From contig JACPLC010000001.1 of the NCBI GenBank assembly GCA_016186695.1, forward strand, positions 174,706-238,705: DNA of 64,000 nucleotides. Reading direction: 5' to 3'. Made by a program: the position numbers and the translations under genes. The stretch comes from Candidatus Kaiserbacteria bacterium (GTDB lineage: Bacteria > Patescibacteriota > Minisyncoccia > Phycocordibacterales > UBA2100). Position 1 is the first letter of the stretch. Every line of letters begins with the position of its first letter. The notes below the pieces were generated by a model. That model did not search any database. It saw only the letters and a list, made by a program, of their open reading frames with translations, and was not told the DNA's origin. Below are positions 12,201 through 19,899 of this stretch, one piece after another.

Positions 12201-13262
12201 GACGTGACGAACAATACGCTCACGGCGAACGTGTCGCACTTCTCGGACTTTGCGCCGATTTCACCCGCGCAATCCTCTGGCTCTGCGGCGAGCACCGGAA
12301 GTACCGGGAGCTCCGGAAGCAGTGGAGGAGGCGGTGGCGGTGGAGGAGGGAGTGGCGGCAGCATCGTGAATCCTCCTGCAAAGACGATAGCGAAGGCCCA
12401 GATCATCTATCCCGACGGCACCGTGACGTACGTCGACCAAAACCTCGGTGTTGCGACGGGGGCGGCAGCTGCAGGAGCGGCACGAGGGAGTGCAGCGGGT
12501 GGAGCACGCTTCAGTGTCCTTCTCCGACAAGGCTCCAAGCATGCTGATGTGGCGCGACTCCAGAAAGCGCTCGGCGTTGATCCAACAGGGTACTTCGGGC
12601 CACTCACGCGTGCTGCAGTGGAGGCGTTCCAAGTAAAGCATGTAATAGCGAAGCGGGGCGACCCCGGATTCGGAACCCTTGGTCCGAAGACGCGTGCGAA
12701 GTTGAACGAACTCTTCGGCGAAGGTACTGGTGTTGCCGCGCCACAAGCCTCTGCGCAAGGTCAGGCACAAAGCGGACAGGCTGCAGTGACTTCTGGAACA
12801 CTCACGCGTGCCGTCAAGGTCGGCTCGTCTGGAGACGACGTGAAGCTTCTCCAGGTCGTACTCAACACGGACGCCGATACACGCATTGCCCTCTCCGGTG
12901 CTGGTTCTCCCGGAAACGAAACGACGCTCTTCGGGCGTCTCACTCTTGTCGCGATTCAGCGCTTCCAAGTGAAGCATGGCATCGTAAAGCCCGGCGGGGA
13001 GGGCTATGGAAACGTCGGTCCAAAGACGCGCGCGAAGCTAAACGAGATTCTCGCGGCGTGGCTTGCAGCAACTACCCCCGCGCCGGCTCCTACACCAGAA
13101 CCAACTCCGGCGCCGACACCCTCACCTGTCGCGACCTCAACGGATGCGACTGCAACGACGACCGCGAGTGTTTCTGCCGATGCAACGGCGACAACTACCT
13201 CGTCGACAACCAGCACAACAACGGTGACTGTAAGTGTTAGCGCGACTACCACTTCTTACTAA
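6201..13262 (+). CDS. Giant surface protein (2353 aa): Big_5-type Ig-like domains, carboxypeptidase-regulatory-like beta-sandwich repeats, two peptidoglycan-binding domains, Thr-rich tail
   Basis: Signal peptide; D..AP.V...P...FSE.(L/M)D..T / D.AGN repeats; ISGTV.D..G repeats; VSHFSDFA; two [12 protein letters not shown]-binding motifs. Confidence 0.85.
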   Translation: MDISLVRHQAKVFAFVLFTALILLVVLLTSIARGAVGTLTTSDLTSTGQTIKASSAATAVIGINVVVSASETMASTSLMIAGTGGFVAADDLAALGTATSSGIAIYRDDAVSGTNGSFDSTDDVIPLASAPTFSGATTTLTFAGVEALPANNTGDNEGSDYFIVVQTSAAATNARLFTVSLYPGEVGFNVVRQSTPTALTTKSVTIDTVAPTVNTNTTGPASGSTNVPVSTFIHMGFSENLDQSTLNSNNIIFTQNGSAVGAGIRPFPDGFDIVVSNPPTYTASTKFAKVTTVSTGFYNVSGTNAITPQGAYTAPLYGDIVYTQFGTFPPEVGVITNSVLTSGTFAINGNALFSPSQVTKFASPAFATTTGTGSPVGIGDLVVTNTSANPADVRYGWHIVTTGASINGSGLRLDGASGQPTYPASTTLSKILPAATSTMDASGRLNATTTFSAGDLVFARVDRNGDHNDTYSWHLVTTGETINGLLGSGATPGTTSALRLDSGNGAPHFAPSSAFAKITTSATGAIDSGAQNATVFSLGDMLFARTTAGASNLDAYNFHLVSGGATGATSTALRLDNASSNLATSTTYVVTAKPGVTDSAGNALAASSTLSFTTGGTGGTNISPPYVQSSQPQGGSQSHPINGPIKLTFSVAMKSDGGANAVTNTAVVKLSTDVNGQPGVAVTSTNTYDSTTNTVTVTPSANLTASTNYVVLVMTTAQSTNNIGLPNEYRLYFRTSSGADSTAPTVLGVNPTNNSTNISLGPVFTAGFSEDMDPSTVTNSTLKLATQIGGTAVSGNVTYNQQSRSASFAPSTALSASTGYKFTVGAGLTGPADLSGNRLAATSTTFATTTATADTSAPSVQFASADNFGIAITFSETMKTGGGPNAADNVANYTLESPLGTSIGLGGKTVTYDGMTKTARISGLSLSNGSQFKATVATPVQDLAGNGISTSGTPAGNIAVGTVQNSSQTGGQLGPGTGTIDQSVQGMNPTQLMPMVRMAGAISDYRVNFLAGTSIPSGGQIIVTFPSGFDVSRASTTPAASSLCNNDINGTQFSGPASLPVIASASANSDAGTVTITTAGDATGANTFICLELTGIINSTVPSSSGYTGDIKTRDTAANNRAILETKTTSPFFLGAAGTRTLTVNVFNDGNANSTNNANEGIAAVKVFLFSPATGGNSTTTNASGVASFTSLADGDYMVGIDPGTLASASSTVVYNSSPQPITISATNLTKNIIVSGGGSTIALSGTVTGPNGTDVDIFASSGQGFTKVVKTMTGSAVSYSLRISPSTIYSVGVGPGMPDSFFIPGGPPPKPPTFTFMPPPNVTVIATTTNVTGVNFTLSSADKTITGTVVDSAGSAVSNAGVFARPISNTTSGGGPTSDLGFGSGGQTDTSGAFSINVVAGTYLVGVFKPGMPSVPDQQITVPSSGANTPSSLAFKLGTASTLTISGTVKDDNGNAIPYAGVGGRKVVSTADTTPIGGGQGNFVGGPTDANGAYTLYVTNGVWQIEAYAPGFGKLGSKTVTVSGSSLSGQDFSAQTLSLGTVTGTTTKAAVAVQGVMVHAEGANGRNFGVSDADGVYSLKLPAGSYTLTCFFPGIGDSTPIDVTSTADTTSYSNNCALAAPITVTVNLTDGTNPITNAYVDARTSTGRGNGTSESTSSGANATYTLTLSPGTYTVRAGHPAFGPIGSTGSVSSTQTITYTAPTLYSVTGTVNSSGVGTNNAFVSLTGRPTGQTNTIMVGAQTNDSGAYTISAPKGSYQLRADKPGYILSEPVSVTVAGNTTATEVSLRAASRTISGTVSLSSSGVSGAFVDATDGSGGFAVAQTDSAGAYSLSVTPASWVVTARSIGYHASTTVDVTSASASGQNITLAAISGFTLTAERQETITPTAGGFVTNSDIGSNFKLTIPANALGTGSNAGTVKTQANTAVPGIANGTVLSKNAVTISAVDSSGQPVKSLNDAVTVVVPYTEASVPSGTSEADLQLGVWNDATQAYDMLPTTVDVTNNTLTANVSHFSDFAPISPAQSSGSAASTGSTGSSGSSGGGGGGGGGSGGSIVNPPAKTIAKAQIIYPDGTVTYVDQNLGVATGAAAAGAARGSAAGGARFSVLLRQGSKHADVARLQKALGVDPTGYFGPLTRAAVEAFQVKHVIAKRGDPGFGTLGPKTRAKLNELFGEGTGVAAPQASAQGQAQSGQAAVTSGTLTRAVKVGSSGDDVKLLQVVLNTDADTRIALSGAGSPGNETTLFGRLTLVAIQRFQVKHGIVKPGGEGYGNVGPKTRAKLNEILAAWLAATTPAPAPTPEPTPAPTPSPVATSTDATATTTASVSADATATTTSSTTSTTTVTVSVSATTTSY

Positions 13263-13274
13263 TACGTAGCAGGT

Positions 13275-13310
13275 AAAAAGCCGCGCTCCGCATTCCTGCG
13301 GAGCGCAGCA
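13275..13310. terminator. Hairpin after the giant surface protein gene
   Basis: gcgctccgca-ttcc-tgcggagcgc stem preceded by an A-tract. Confidence 0.5.
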
Positions 13311-13325
13311 TGCTACACTTTTGCG

Positions 13326-13814
13326 ATGACAAAACGCTCAATGCCGCAGACAGAAGAAGAGTGGAACCCCGAAGCAGAGCAGAGCTCGCTACGGGGCAGG
13401 GAAGATGCTCACGGTGAGGAGTATTGGAGACAGAAGCTGACTCCGGAACAATTTCGTGTCATGCGTGAGAAGGGGACCGAGCCGGCGTTTACGGGGCAGT
13501 ATGTGCACGAGAAGGCAGACGGCACCTACGAGTGCCGCGCATGTGGGAATCCGTTGTTCGATTCGACTGCGAAATTCGATTCCGGCACGGGCTGGCCATC
13601 GTTCGACTCCGCACTTCCGGGAGCAGTTGAATATCACAAGGAATTGTCACACGGAATGCCTGCCCTCCGTAGCCTTGGCGAAGGAGGGGAGCGCACCGAA
13701 ATCACGTGCGCCCGCTGTGGTTCGCATCTCGGCCACGTCTTTGACGACGGCCCGACAAAAACGGGGAAACGGTACTGTATAAATTCTGTGTGCCTCGACC
13801 TCGAAGAGAAGTAG
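13326..13814 (+). CDS. msrB: Peptide-methionine (R)-S-oxide reductase, with two palindrome-derived insertions
   Basis: LTPEQFRV..KGTE; CxxC; KFDSGTGWPSF; HLGHVFDDGP; RYCINS. Confidence 0.95.
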   Translation: MTKRSMPQTEEEWNPEAEQSSLRGREDAHGEEYWRQKLTPEQFRVMREKGTEPAFTGQYVHEKADGTYECRACGNPLFDSTAKFDSGTGWPSFDSALPGAVEYHKELSHGMPALRSLGEGGERTEITCARCGSHLGHVFDDGPTKTGKRYCINSVCLDLEEK

Positions 13815-13860
13815 ATCCTTCCTCAATACTTCATACTCTATACTTCATACTTTCTATCGT

Positions 13861-14046
13861 ATGGCCAGATACGGTACATATGCAGGGCAAAAGGTTCGTC
13901 GCGCGATGCGCGAGATGAAGCAGGGCAAGCTCCGCTCCGGCAGGAGCGGGAAGCGCGTGACCTCGCGCAAACAGGCGATCGCAATCGGGCTTTCGGAAGC
14001 GCGACGCGCAGGTGGCAAGGTGCCGCGTGCTCCGCGAAGCCGCTAG
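13861..14046 (+). CDS. Small basic protein, DUF6496-like
   Basis: KVRRAMREMKQGKLRSG..VTSRKQAIAIGLSEARR pattern. Confidence 0.7.
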   Translation: MARYGTYAGQKVRRAMREMKQGKLRSGRSGKRVTSRKQAIAIGLSEARRAGGKVPRAPRSR

Positions 14047-15968
14047 AACTGAAAGAATCCCGCGAGTAGATAGAAGACAGATGCGACGAACCGTGCGGCG
14101 GCACTTGCGTGCGGCGCATCACTCGGTGGCGGTGGAGGCGGTTGTTGGGATGTCCCTCCATCAGGCGGAGGTTGCATCATCCCTCCATCGGGTGGTGGCA
14201 TCATGCCGCCACCGTCAGGGGGTGGAACAAAGCCTCCACCTTCGGGCGGATGATATTCTCCGGGCGGGAGCATGCCGCCTTCAGGCGGCCGAAATTCTCC
14301 GGGCGGAGGCATAAATTGCTGTGACTGCTGTTGATACTGTTGTTCGTACTGTCGCTGGTACTCCTGTTTGTACTGCTCTTGATATTGCTGCTGATACTGT
14401 TGTTGAAATTCTGCGGGCTGCCCTTCGGGTGAATGGCGGAAGCTTTCGGGCGGCATCATTCCTTCGGGCTGGTATTGTTTCCCTTCGCCCGGCGGAGGTC
14501 CCCTGAAGTCCATCGGTTGCCGATTTTCCTGCATGAATTTCTGTCGCTCCTCCTCGCTCATGTTCTTAATCTTTTCCGCATCCGGTCCTCCCATGCCAGG
14601 CTCTCCACGAAATCCGTGCTGCTGAAATTTTTCGCGGCACGCTTCCGGGTTTTGCTTGCACTCTTCCATGAGTCCGGGCGGGATCTGAAAACCGCGCTGT
14701 TCCATCGCACGCTCCTGGCCCGTCGCGTGATCCGGCCCCTGGCCTTCCGGACCTCCACCAAATCCGCGCTCTTTCGCGAATGCCTGGCACTCCTCTCGGT
14801 GCGCAGGGTCATCGCAAAACGTGCGGCACTCTTCTCCCTTGCATCCGCCCGGGCCCGTCATGTTTCCCATTTCTTTCATCCGCGATGCATCTTCCTCGCT
14901 CATGAGACCGTTTTCGATTGCGAATTGCATGCAGGCTTCCTGATGCGCCTGATCGTCGCAGTAGCGGCGACACGCTTCTCCGCGGCATCCTCCCGGACCC
15001 GGCTTGTTGCCGATTTTTCGCGCCTGCGCTGCCTCCTCTTTCGACATCATCCCGTTTTCTTCCGCAAACGCGATGCACGCGTCCATGTGCTCCGGATCTT
15101 CGCAGTAGGTCTCACACGCTCTTCCGATGCACCCTCCGGGCCCCGCCTTTCCTGCAAATTTCTTCGCCCGTTCCAATTCTTCGGGCGACATGAGGCCGTT
15201 CTCTTCCGCAAACTGCAGACATTCGTTCATGTGCGCAGGATCGTCGCAATACGTCTTGCATGCCTCGCGCCGACATCCGCCCGGTCCCGGCTTGTCGCCC
15301 ATTTTCTTTGCCATCGTCGCCTCCTCCGCGCTCATGAATCCGTTCTCTACCGCGAAGTTCACGCATTCATCCATGTGCGCAGGATCGTCGCAATACGTCT
15401 TGCATGCCTCGCGCCGACATCCGCCCGGTCCCGGCTTGTCGCCCATTTTCTTTGCCATCTCCAGCTCTTCTTTCGGTATCAAATTGTGCTTTTCGGCAAA
15501 CGCGATGCACTCCTCGAAGTGCCCGTCGGCGTCGCAATAGGCGCGGCACTCCTTCTCGCTCTTGCAGCCGCCGGGACCGCCCTTCGTGCGAACTTCTTTG
15601 GCGATCGCCACCTCCTCGGGAGGAATGAGCCCGTTTTTCTCGGCGAAGGCCAGACATTCGTCAATATGTGCATCGTCATCGCAATACGCTTTGCACTGCA
15701 GCCCCACGCAGCCGCCGGGCCCTTTCGCGCTCCCGATCTTACGGGCGATTGCCGTCTCTTCCTCGCTCATCAAGCCGTTTTCTTCGGCAAAATCAATGCA
15801 TTGTTCGTGGTTTGCAGGATCTTCGCAGTACGTGTGACATGCCTCTTTCGATTCACATCCGCCCAATTCCGGGATAGGGAACGTAATGGTATCTTCTTGC
15901 GCAAATGCAACACCGGCTGCAAACAATATTCCCGCTGCAGCCGTTGCTATCAGTGTTTTTGTATTCAT
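14043..15968 (-). CDS. Secreted Cys-rich repeat protein (8 x ~48-aa GPGGC repeats; Gln- and Pro/Gly-rich tail; hydrophobic C-terminus)
   Basis: Signal peptide ending AFA|QE; repeats GPGGC-x4/5-C-xx-YC-DDPAH-xx-EC-xx-FA-x-ENG. Confidence 0.85.
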   Translation of the reverse strand: MNTKTLIATAAAGILFAAGVAFAQEDTITFPIPELGGCESKEACHTYCEDPANHEQCIDFAEENGLMSEEETAIARKIGSAKGPGGCVGLQCKAYCDDDAHIDECLAFAEKNGLIPPEEVAIAKEVRTKGGPGGCKSEKECRAYCDADGHFEECIAFAEKHNLIPKEELEMAKKMGDKPGPGGCRREACKTYCDDPAHMDECVNFAVENGFMSAEEATMAKKMGDKPGPGGCRREACKTYCDDPAHMNECLQFAEENGLMSPEELERAKKFAGKAGPGGCIGRACETYCEDPEHMDACIAFAEENGMMSKEEAAQARKIGNKPGPGGCRGEACRRYCDDQAHQEACMQFAIENGLMSEEDASRMKEMGNMTGPGGCKGEECRTFCDDPAHREECQAFAKERGFGGGPEGQGPDHATGQERAMEQRGFQIPPGLMEECKQNPEACREKFQQHGFRGEPGMGGPDAEKIKNMSEEERQKFMQENRQPMDFRGPPPGEGKQYQPEGMMPPESFRHSPEGQPAEFQQQYQQQYQEQYKQEYQRQYEQQYQQQSQQFMPPPGEFRPPEGGMLPPGEYHPPEGGGFVPPPDGGGMMPPPDGGMMQPPPDGGTSQQPPPPPPSDAPHASAAARFVASVFYLLAGFFQF

Positions 15969-16009
15969 GTATTTGTATGTACTACGCACTACTCACTACT
16001 AACTACATA

Positions 16010-16237
16010 CTACTCAAACGGATTCGTCTTCACGCCTCCGTACGGATTCGTCTTCACGTCTTCGAGCGGATTCGTCGTCATGTCCTCGAAGGGGTTCACG
16101 GCCTGCTCCTCGGAGGCTTGTTGCGCCGTGAGCGCAGCGGCCGATTTCTCCCAGCCAATGTCGTAGCCGAAGTAAAAGCCTGCGGCGGCTCCGAGGGCAA
16201 GTCCAGCGACGATCCCGATAATGAGCTGTTGGTTCAT
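16010..16237 (-). CDS. Small single-TM protein with NP(F/L/Y) repeats
   Basis: MNQQLIIGIVAGLALGAAAGFYFG..VNPFE..TNPLE..TNPYG..TNPFE; 24-nt DNA repeats at 16016-16100. Confidence 0.65.
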   Translation of the reverse strand: MNQQLIIGIVAGLALGAAAGFYFGYDIGWEKSAAALTAQQASEEQAVNPFEDMTTNPLEDVKTNPYGGVKTNPFE

Positions 16238-16374
16238 AGTGTGGTGGGTAAATAGTATTGACCTCATTATAGGCACGTTTCGGGGCAATCGGCCGCCCCG
16301 TGTTGATAACCCTCGCTATTTTCATCCACATTTTTTCCACCTTTTTTCCCCAGTTCTTGCCTACTATGCGCGGT

Positions 16375-16401
16375 TTGACACAGTTCAGCGCTTGCTAAAA
16401 T
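16375..16401 (+). promoter_or_regulatory. Sigma70-type promoter (TTGACA and extended -10 TGcTAAAAT)
   Basis: TTGACA at 16375-16380, TAAAAT at 16396-16401; the 15-nt spacer is short but TGn is present. Confidence 0.55.
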
Positions 16402-16406
16402 CCTCG

Positions 16407-16805
16407 GCGGTGTGGCGATCTCACGATTGCCACACCTTTCTCTCTGCGGGGAGGCCGCACTCGAAGTGGCTGATACGCAGAGGCCCCAGCGGGGTTTTGG
16501 GAGTCTTTGAAAGCGGGTAGTTCCGCGGTCACAGGTTCCGAAGATTCTATCGCCTAGTGGCAAGGGGAGTGGCGATTCTCTCGTGAAGACAAGTCTGCGT
16601 GAGAAAGAAACTCCTTCGAGCTTCAAACCGGTGGGGTTATGTACGCTCTTATCGCAGGTGGGAATATGAGGACGTAAAAGGGTTTGGTAGCCCTCCTTGC
16701 AGGTCCGGGCGCTTGTCCGCTCGAAAACTGCGAAGGCGACTCAACGACTAGGAAGAAAGGAGTGTAACGGCGAAAGGTGCCCGCCAAGGCACCTTTTCGT
16801 TATGC
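16407..16805 (+). ncRNA. Putative large structured non-coding RNA of unknown family
   Basis: No credible ORF; about 10 stems including long-range pairs cctttct/agaaagg and cctagt/actagg; upstream promoter and terminal hairpin with U-run. Confidence 0.55.
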
Positions 16806-16925
16806 ATACAAGTATAGCAGCGCGTGCTTGCACCGAGCGAGCGAAGCGAGTCGAGGTGTGGACAAGTGTTTTTCTTTGTTTTCTAACCCAAGCGAGGGGG
16901 AAGTTGTATGCAATGATGGATACAT

Positions 16926-17534
16926 ATGGCGAAATACTTCATCGGTGCGATCGTTATTCTTATCATCGCAATTACCGGCTATTACGCGTGGCAAAATTTC
17001 GGTGCCGCACCCGCTCCCTCTCCTACGCCGGAAGCGCCGATCATGAGCACGTATGCGACCTCTACCTTCTCGATCGCATATCCTTCGACCTACGCTCTCG
17101 ACGACACCTACGCGTACGATCAGTTTGAGGGCAAACCGATTGCAGGAGTGAAGTTCAGCGTACCCATCGCCATGATCGAGGGTACGAATCTTTCAAGCGA
17201 CAGTGGTATATCAGTAGAGTGGCTTCCGCGCGCGAAGAAGTGCACGGGCGACATTTACATTCCCGCCAATGTGAAAGCGTTAGAACTTACCGTCGGCTCG
17301 ACGACGTACTCCGTCGCGACAACAACCGGTGCCGCCGCAGGGAATATCTACGAGGAGCAGGTCTTTGCGGTGAAAGGCAGCTCGCCCTGCACTGCCGTGC
17401 GCTATCTTCTGCACTCGGGGAACATCGGCAACTACCCGCAGGAAGGCGAAGAGGGCGCCGTACGCGAGTTTGACCGCGCGGCACTCTTGCGTGAATTCGA
17501 CTCCATCCGCGATGCACTGGTGTTGATTCCCTAA
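16926..17534 (+). CDS. Hypothetical membrane-anchored extracellular protein
   Basis: N-terminal TM; FSIAYPS; GAAAGNIYE; two Cys. Confidence 0.7.
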   Translation: MAKYFIGAIVILIIAITGYYAWQNFGAAPAPSPTPEAPIMSTYATSTFSIAYPSTYALDDTYAYDQFEGKPIAGVKFSVPIAMIEGTNLSSDSGISVEWLPRAKKCTGDIYIPANVKALELTVGSTTYSVATTTGAAAGNIYEEQVFAVKGSSPCTAVRYLLHSGNIGNYPQEGEEGAVREFDRAALLREFDSIRDALVLIP

Positions 17535-17536
17535 GA

Positions 17537-18427
17537 ATGCGCGGCCTTCAATTCTCTACCTCCTCGGCCGCGCTCGTCTTTGCTATCGCACTCGCGTCAC
17601 TCTTTTGGATTGCGCTTTCGGTGAGCGCGATGGAGTCCGACGTTCCGATACCTGTTGAGATCGAAGAGGTGGCCGTGCCCAACACTGCGCACTTTCCGCC
17701 GGCGCAGGATCTGCATGAGTACATCGAGGTGATGGAAGGGTGCAATTACGCCTACGCGGGGGAGTGCGTGCGCTCGTATGCGGGGCCGGGGAGAGAATAC
17801 GCAACGGTCAACCGTCTGCGAAAAGGAATCGTGCTGAAGGTCGGGGGCTCGGTCTTGAACGACCTGCGTGTGTGGTACCGAATTATTTTTGACGAGCCTC
17901 TGCGCTATCCAGAACGAGTTGCGCGGGCGCAGTACGTTGCCGCCGAAGACGTGCGGCACTTTTACAGCAACGGCGTACAGACGCGCGGCTCGCAGGGGAG
18001 TGCCACCCATTCGACTCAGCTCAGGGTCGAGGCATCGACAAGCTCAGCCTCGACGAAGCACATACTCGTCGATCGCTCGGAGCAAATGCTCTATGCCTAC
18101 GAGGGCGAGACGCTCTTTATGCAAGTTTCCATCTCCACGGGTATTCAACTCACTCCGACGCCCCGCGGCGTCTTCACCATTTATAAAAGGACACCCACCC
18201 GCTACATGCAGGGTCCCCTGCCGGACATCAGCGAAAAATATTACGACTTGCCGGGCGTGCCATGGAATCTCTACTTCACCAACGAAGGCGGCGTTATTCA
18301 CGGCGCGTATTGGCACAAAAGTTTTGGCACAAGGTGGTCGAACGGCTGCGTGAACCTCCCGCTTGCCGAGGCGCGCACGCTCTACGAATGGGCCGAAGTC
18401 GGCACCAAAGTCCTCGTCCGCGACTGA
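17537..18427 (+). CDS. L,D-transpeptidase (YkuD domain) with N-terminal SH3-like region
   Basis: ILVDRSEQMLYAY; ISTG..TPTPRG; IHGAYWH..SNGCVNL catalytic motif. Confidence 0.9.
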   Translation: MRGLQFSTSSAALVFAIALASLFWIALSVSAMESDVPIPVEIEEVAVPNTAHFPPAQDLHEYIEVMEGCNYAYAGECVRSYAGPGREYATVNRLRKGIVLKVGGSVLNDLRVWYRIIFDEPLRYPERVARAQYVAAEDVRHFYSNGVQTRGSQGSATHSTQLRVEASTSSASTKHILVDRSEQMLYAYEGETLFMQVSISTGIQLTPTPRGVFTIYKRTPTRYMQGPLPDISEKYYDLPGVPWNLYFTNEGGVIHGAYWHKSFGTRWSNGCVNLPLAEARTLYEWAEVGTKVLVRD

Positions 18428-18431
18428 ACCA

Positions 18432-19028
18432 CCGATTCCCCAAACCCAAGATTTGTGAGATGATTTGCGGACGATGGGTATGTATGCGTGGTATGCGACG
18501 CTCATAAAGCCTTCGTGGGCGCCGCCTGCGTGGCTTTTCTCGCCGGTGTGGACGGTCCTCTACGCCATCATCGCAGTCACCTTCGGCTATGTATTCTACA
18601 AAGCATTCACGAAGCAGCTACCATGGATGGTCGCGCTGCCATTCGCACTCAATCTCATTTTCAACTTTGCTTTCACGCCGCTCCAATTCGGTTTCCAAAA
18701 CAATCTTCTTGCCGCGGCCGACGTCCTGCTCGTTCTCGCGACGCTCGTCTGGGCGTTTACCCTGCGAAGCGCGTTGCGCGAAGCAGGGCTCGGCTGGGTA
18801 CTGTATGCCAACATTCCGTATCTCCTCTGGGTCTCCTTTGCCACGGTACTCCAACTCACCGTCACCTATCTGAATCTCTAGTGTGATGTTCAAACATTTT
18901 GCAAAATGTTGAAATGAAAGATGGGGTGCAGGTGGGGTGCATGGTGGAGGCGCGGGCGTGGGGCGGGGAGGGGTGAGTGGGGATAGCAAGAGCCCGATTC
19001 CCCAAACCCAAGATTTGTGGGATTGGGC
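18432..19028 (+). repeat. 26-bp direct repeat pair flanking tspO (18432-18457 and 18994-19019)
   Basis: Identical ccgattccccaaacccaagatttgtg at both positions; the second copy lies within an imperfect hairpin. Confidence 0.85.
18474..18881 (+). CDS. tspO: TspO/MBR family tryptophan-rich sensory protein
   Basis: WYATLIKPSWAPPAWLFSPVWTVLY; PYLLWVSFATVL. Confidence 0.9.
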   Translation: MGMYAWYATLIKPSWAPPAWLFSPVWTVLYAIIAVTFGYVFYKAFTKQLPWMVALPFALNLIFNFAFTPLQFGFQNNLLAAADVLLVLATLVWAFTLRSALREAGLGWVLYANIPYLLWVSFATVLQLTVTYLNL

Positions 19029-19047
19029 ATATGATAAAATCGAGTTA

Positions 19048-19887
19048 ATGCCGATACTCACCCAACCACAGAAAGGCAACAAGATCCTCTCGTCTGTTCC
19101 AATAAAGCCATATTTCAAACAAGATAACTTTGTGCTTTATCACGGCGATTCAATTTCGTTGCTCAGTTCGTTGCCGGAAAACTCAATTGACATGATTTTT
19201 GCAGATCCCCCATACAATCTTTCCAACGGAGGGTTCAGTGTTCACGCGGGGCGACGTGTCAGCGTGAATAAAGGAAACTGGGACAAAAGCAATGGATTTA
19301 AAGACGATTACGAGTTTCATTATCGTTGGTTAGAAGCGTGCAGACGCATACTAAAACCACACGGAACCCTCTGGGTGAGCGGCACATATCATTCCATCTA
19401 TCAGTGTGGACACGCCTTGCAGTCACTCGGCTATCACATCCTCAATGACATTTCGTGGTTTAAGCCAAACGCTTCTCCAAATCTCAGCTGCAGATTTTTT
19501 ACTGCAAGCCACGAGACGCTCATTTGGGCCCGAAAAGAAAAGAAAGCAAAACACCATTTTGATTACGATTTAATGAAAGAGGGAGATTGGAGGAGAGATT
19601 TTCTAAAGAAGCCGGGATTACAGATGCGTTCGGTATGGTCAATCGGCACACCTAGACCGGAAGAAAAGAAATACGGGAAACATCCGACTCAAAAACCGCT
19701 GGAGTTATTAAGACGAATTGTACTTGCAAGCACAAAGGTGGACGATATAGTCTTGGATCCATTCACGGGTAGCTCTACAACAGGATTGGCAGCTTCAATG
19801 AATAAGCGAAAATTCATAGGAGTTGATCTTGAAAAAAGCTATCTGGAACTTTCTGTAAAAAGATTTAATGACACGAACAAAACCTGA
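19048..19887 (+). CDS. Beta-class N4/N6 DNA methyltransferase, DpnA/M.DpnII-A-like (probably GATC)
   Basis: IFADPPYNLSNGG; VNKGNWD; HPTQKP; LDPFTGSSTTG; AT-richer than neighbours. Confidence 0.9.
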   Translation: MPILTQPQKGNKILSSVPIKPYFKQDNFVLYHGDSISLLSSLPENSIDMIFADPPYNLSNGGFSVHAGRRVSVNKGNWDKSNGFKDDYEFHYRWLEACRRILKPHGTLWVSGTYHSIYQCGHALQSLGYHILNDISWFKPNASPNLSCRFFTASHETLIWARKEKKAKHHFDYDLMKEGDWRRDFLKKPGLQMRSVWSIGTPRPEEKKYGKHPTQKPLELLRRIVLASTKVDDIVLDPFTGSSTTGLAASMNKRKFIGVDLEKSYLELSVKRFNDTNKT

Positions 19888-19899
19888 CATTCTTTTCGC

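Noticed and set aside
14433-16166. 577-aa plus-strand ORF
   Set aside because: Antisense shadow of the Cys-repeat gene; no protein-like features
16407-16805. Group I or II intron, or tmRNA identity for the structured region
   Set aside because: No interrupted host gene, no domain V, no S element after the R-like motif, no tRNA-like tmRNA ends
18937-19047. N-terminal extension of the MTase ORF
   Set aside because: Translates the G-rich tract and repeat; a -10 box points to ATG 19048
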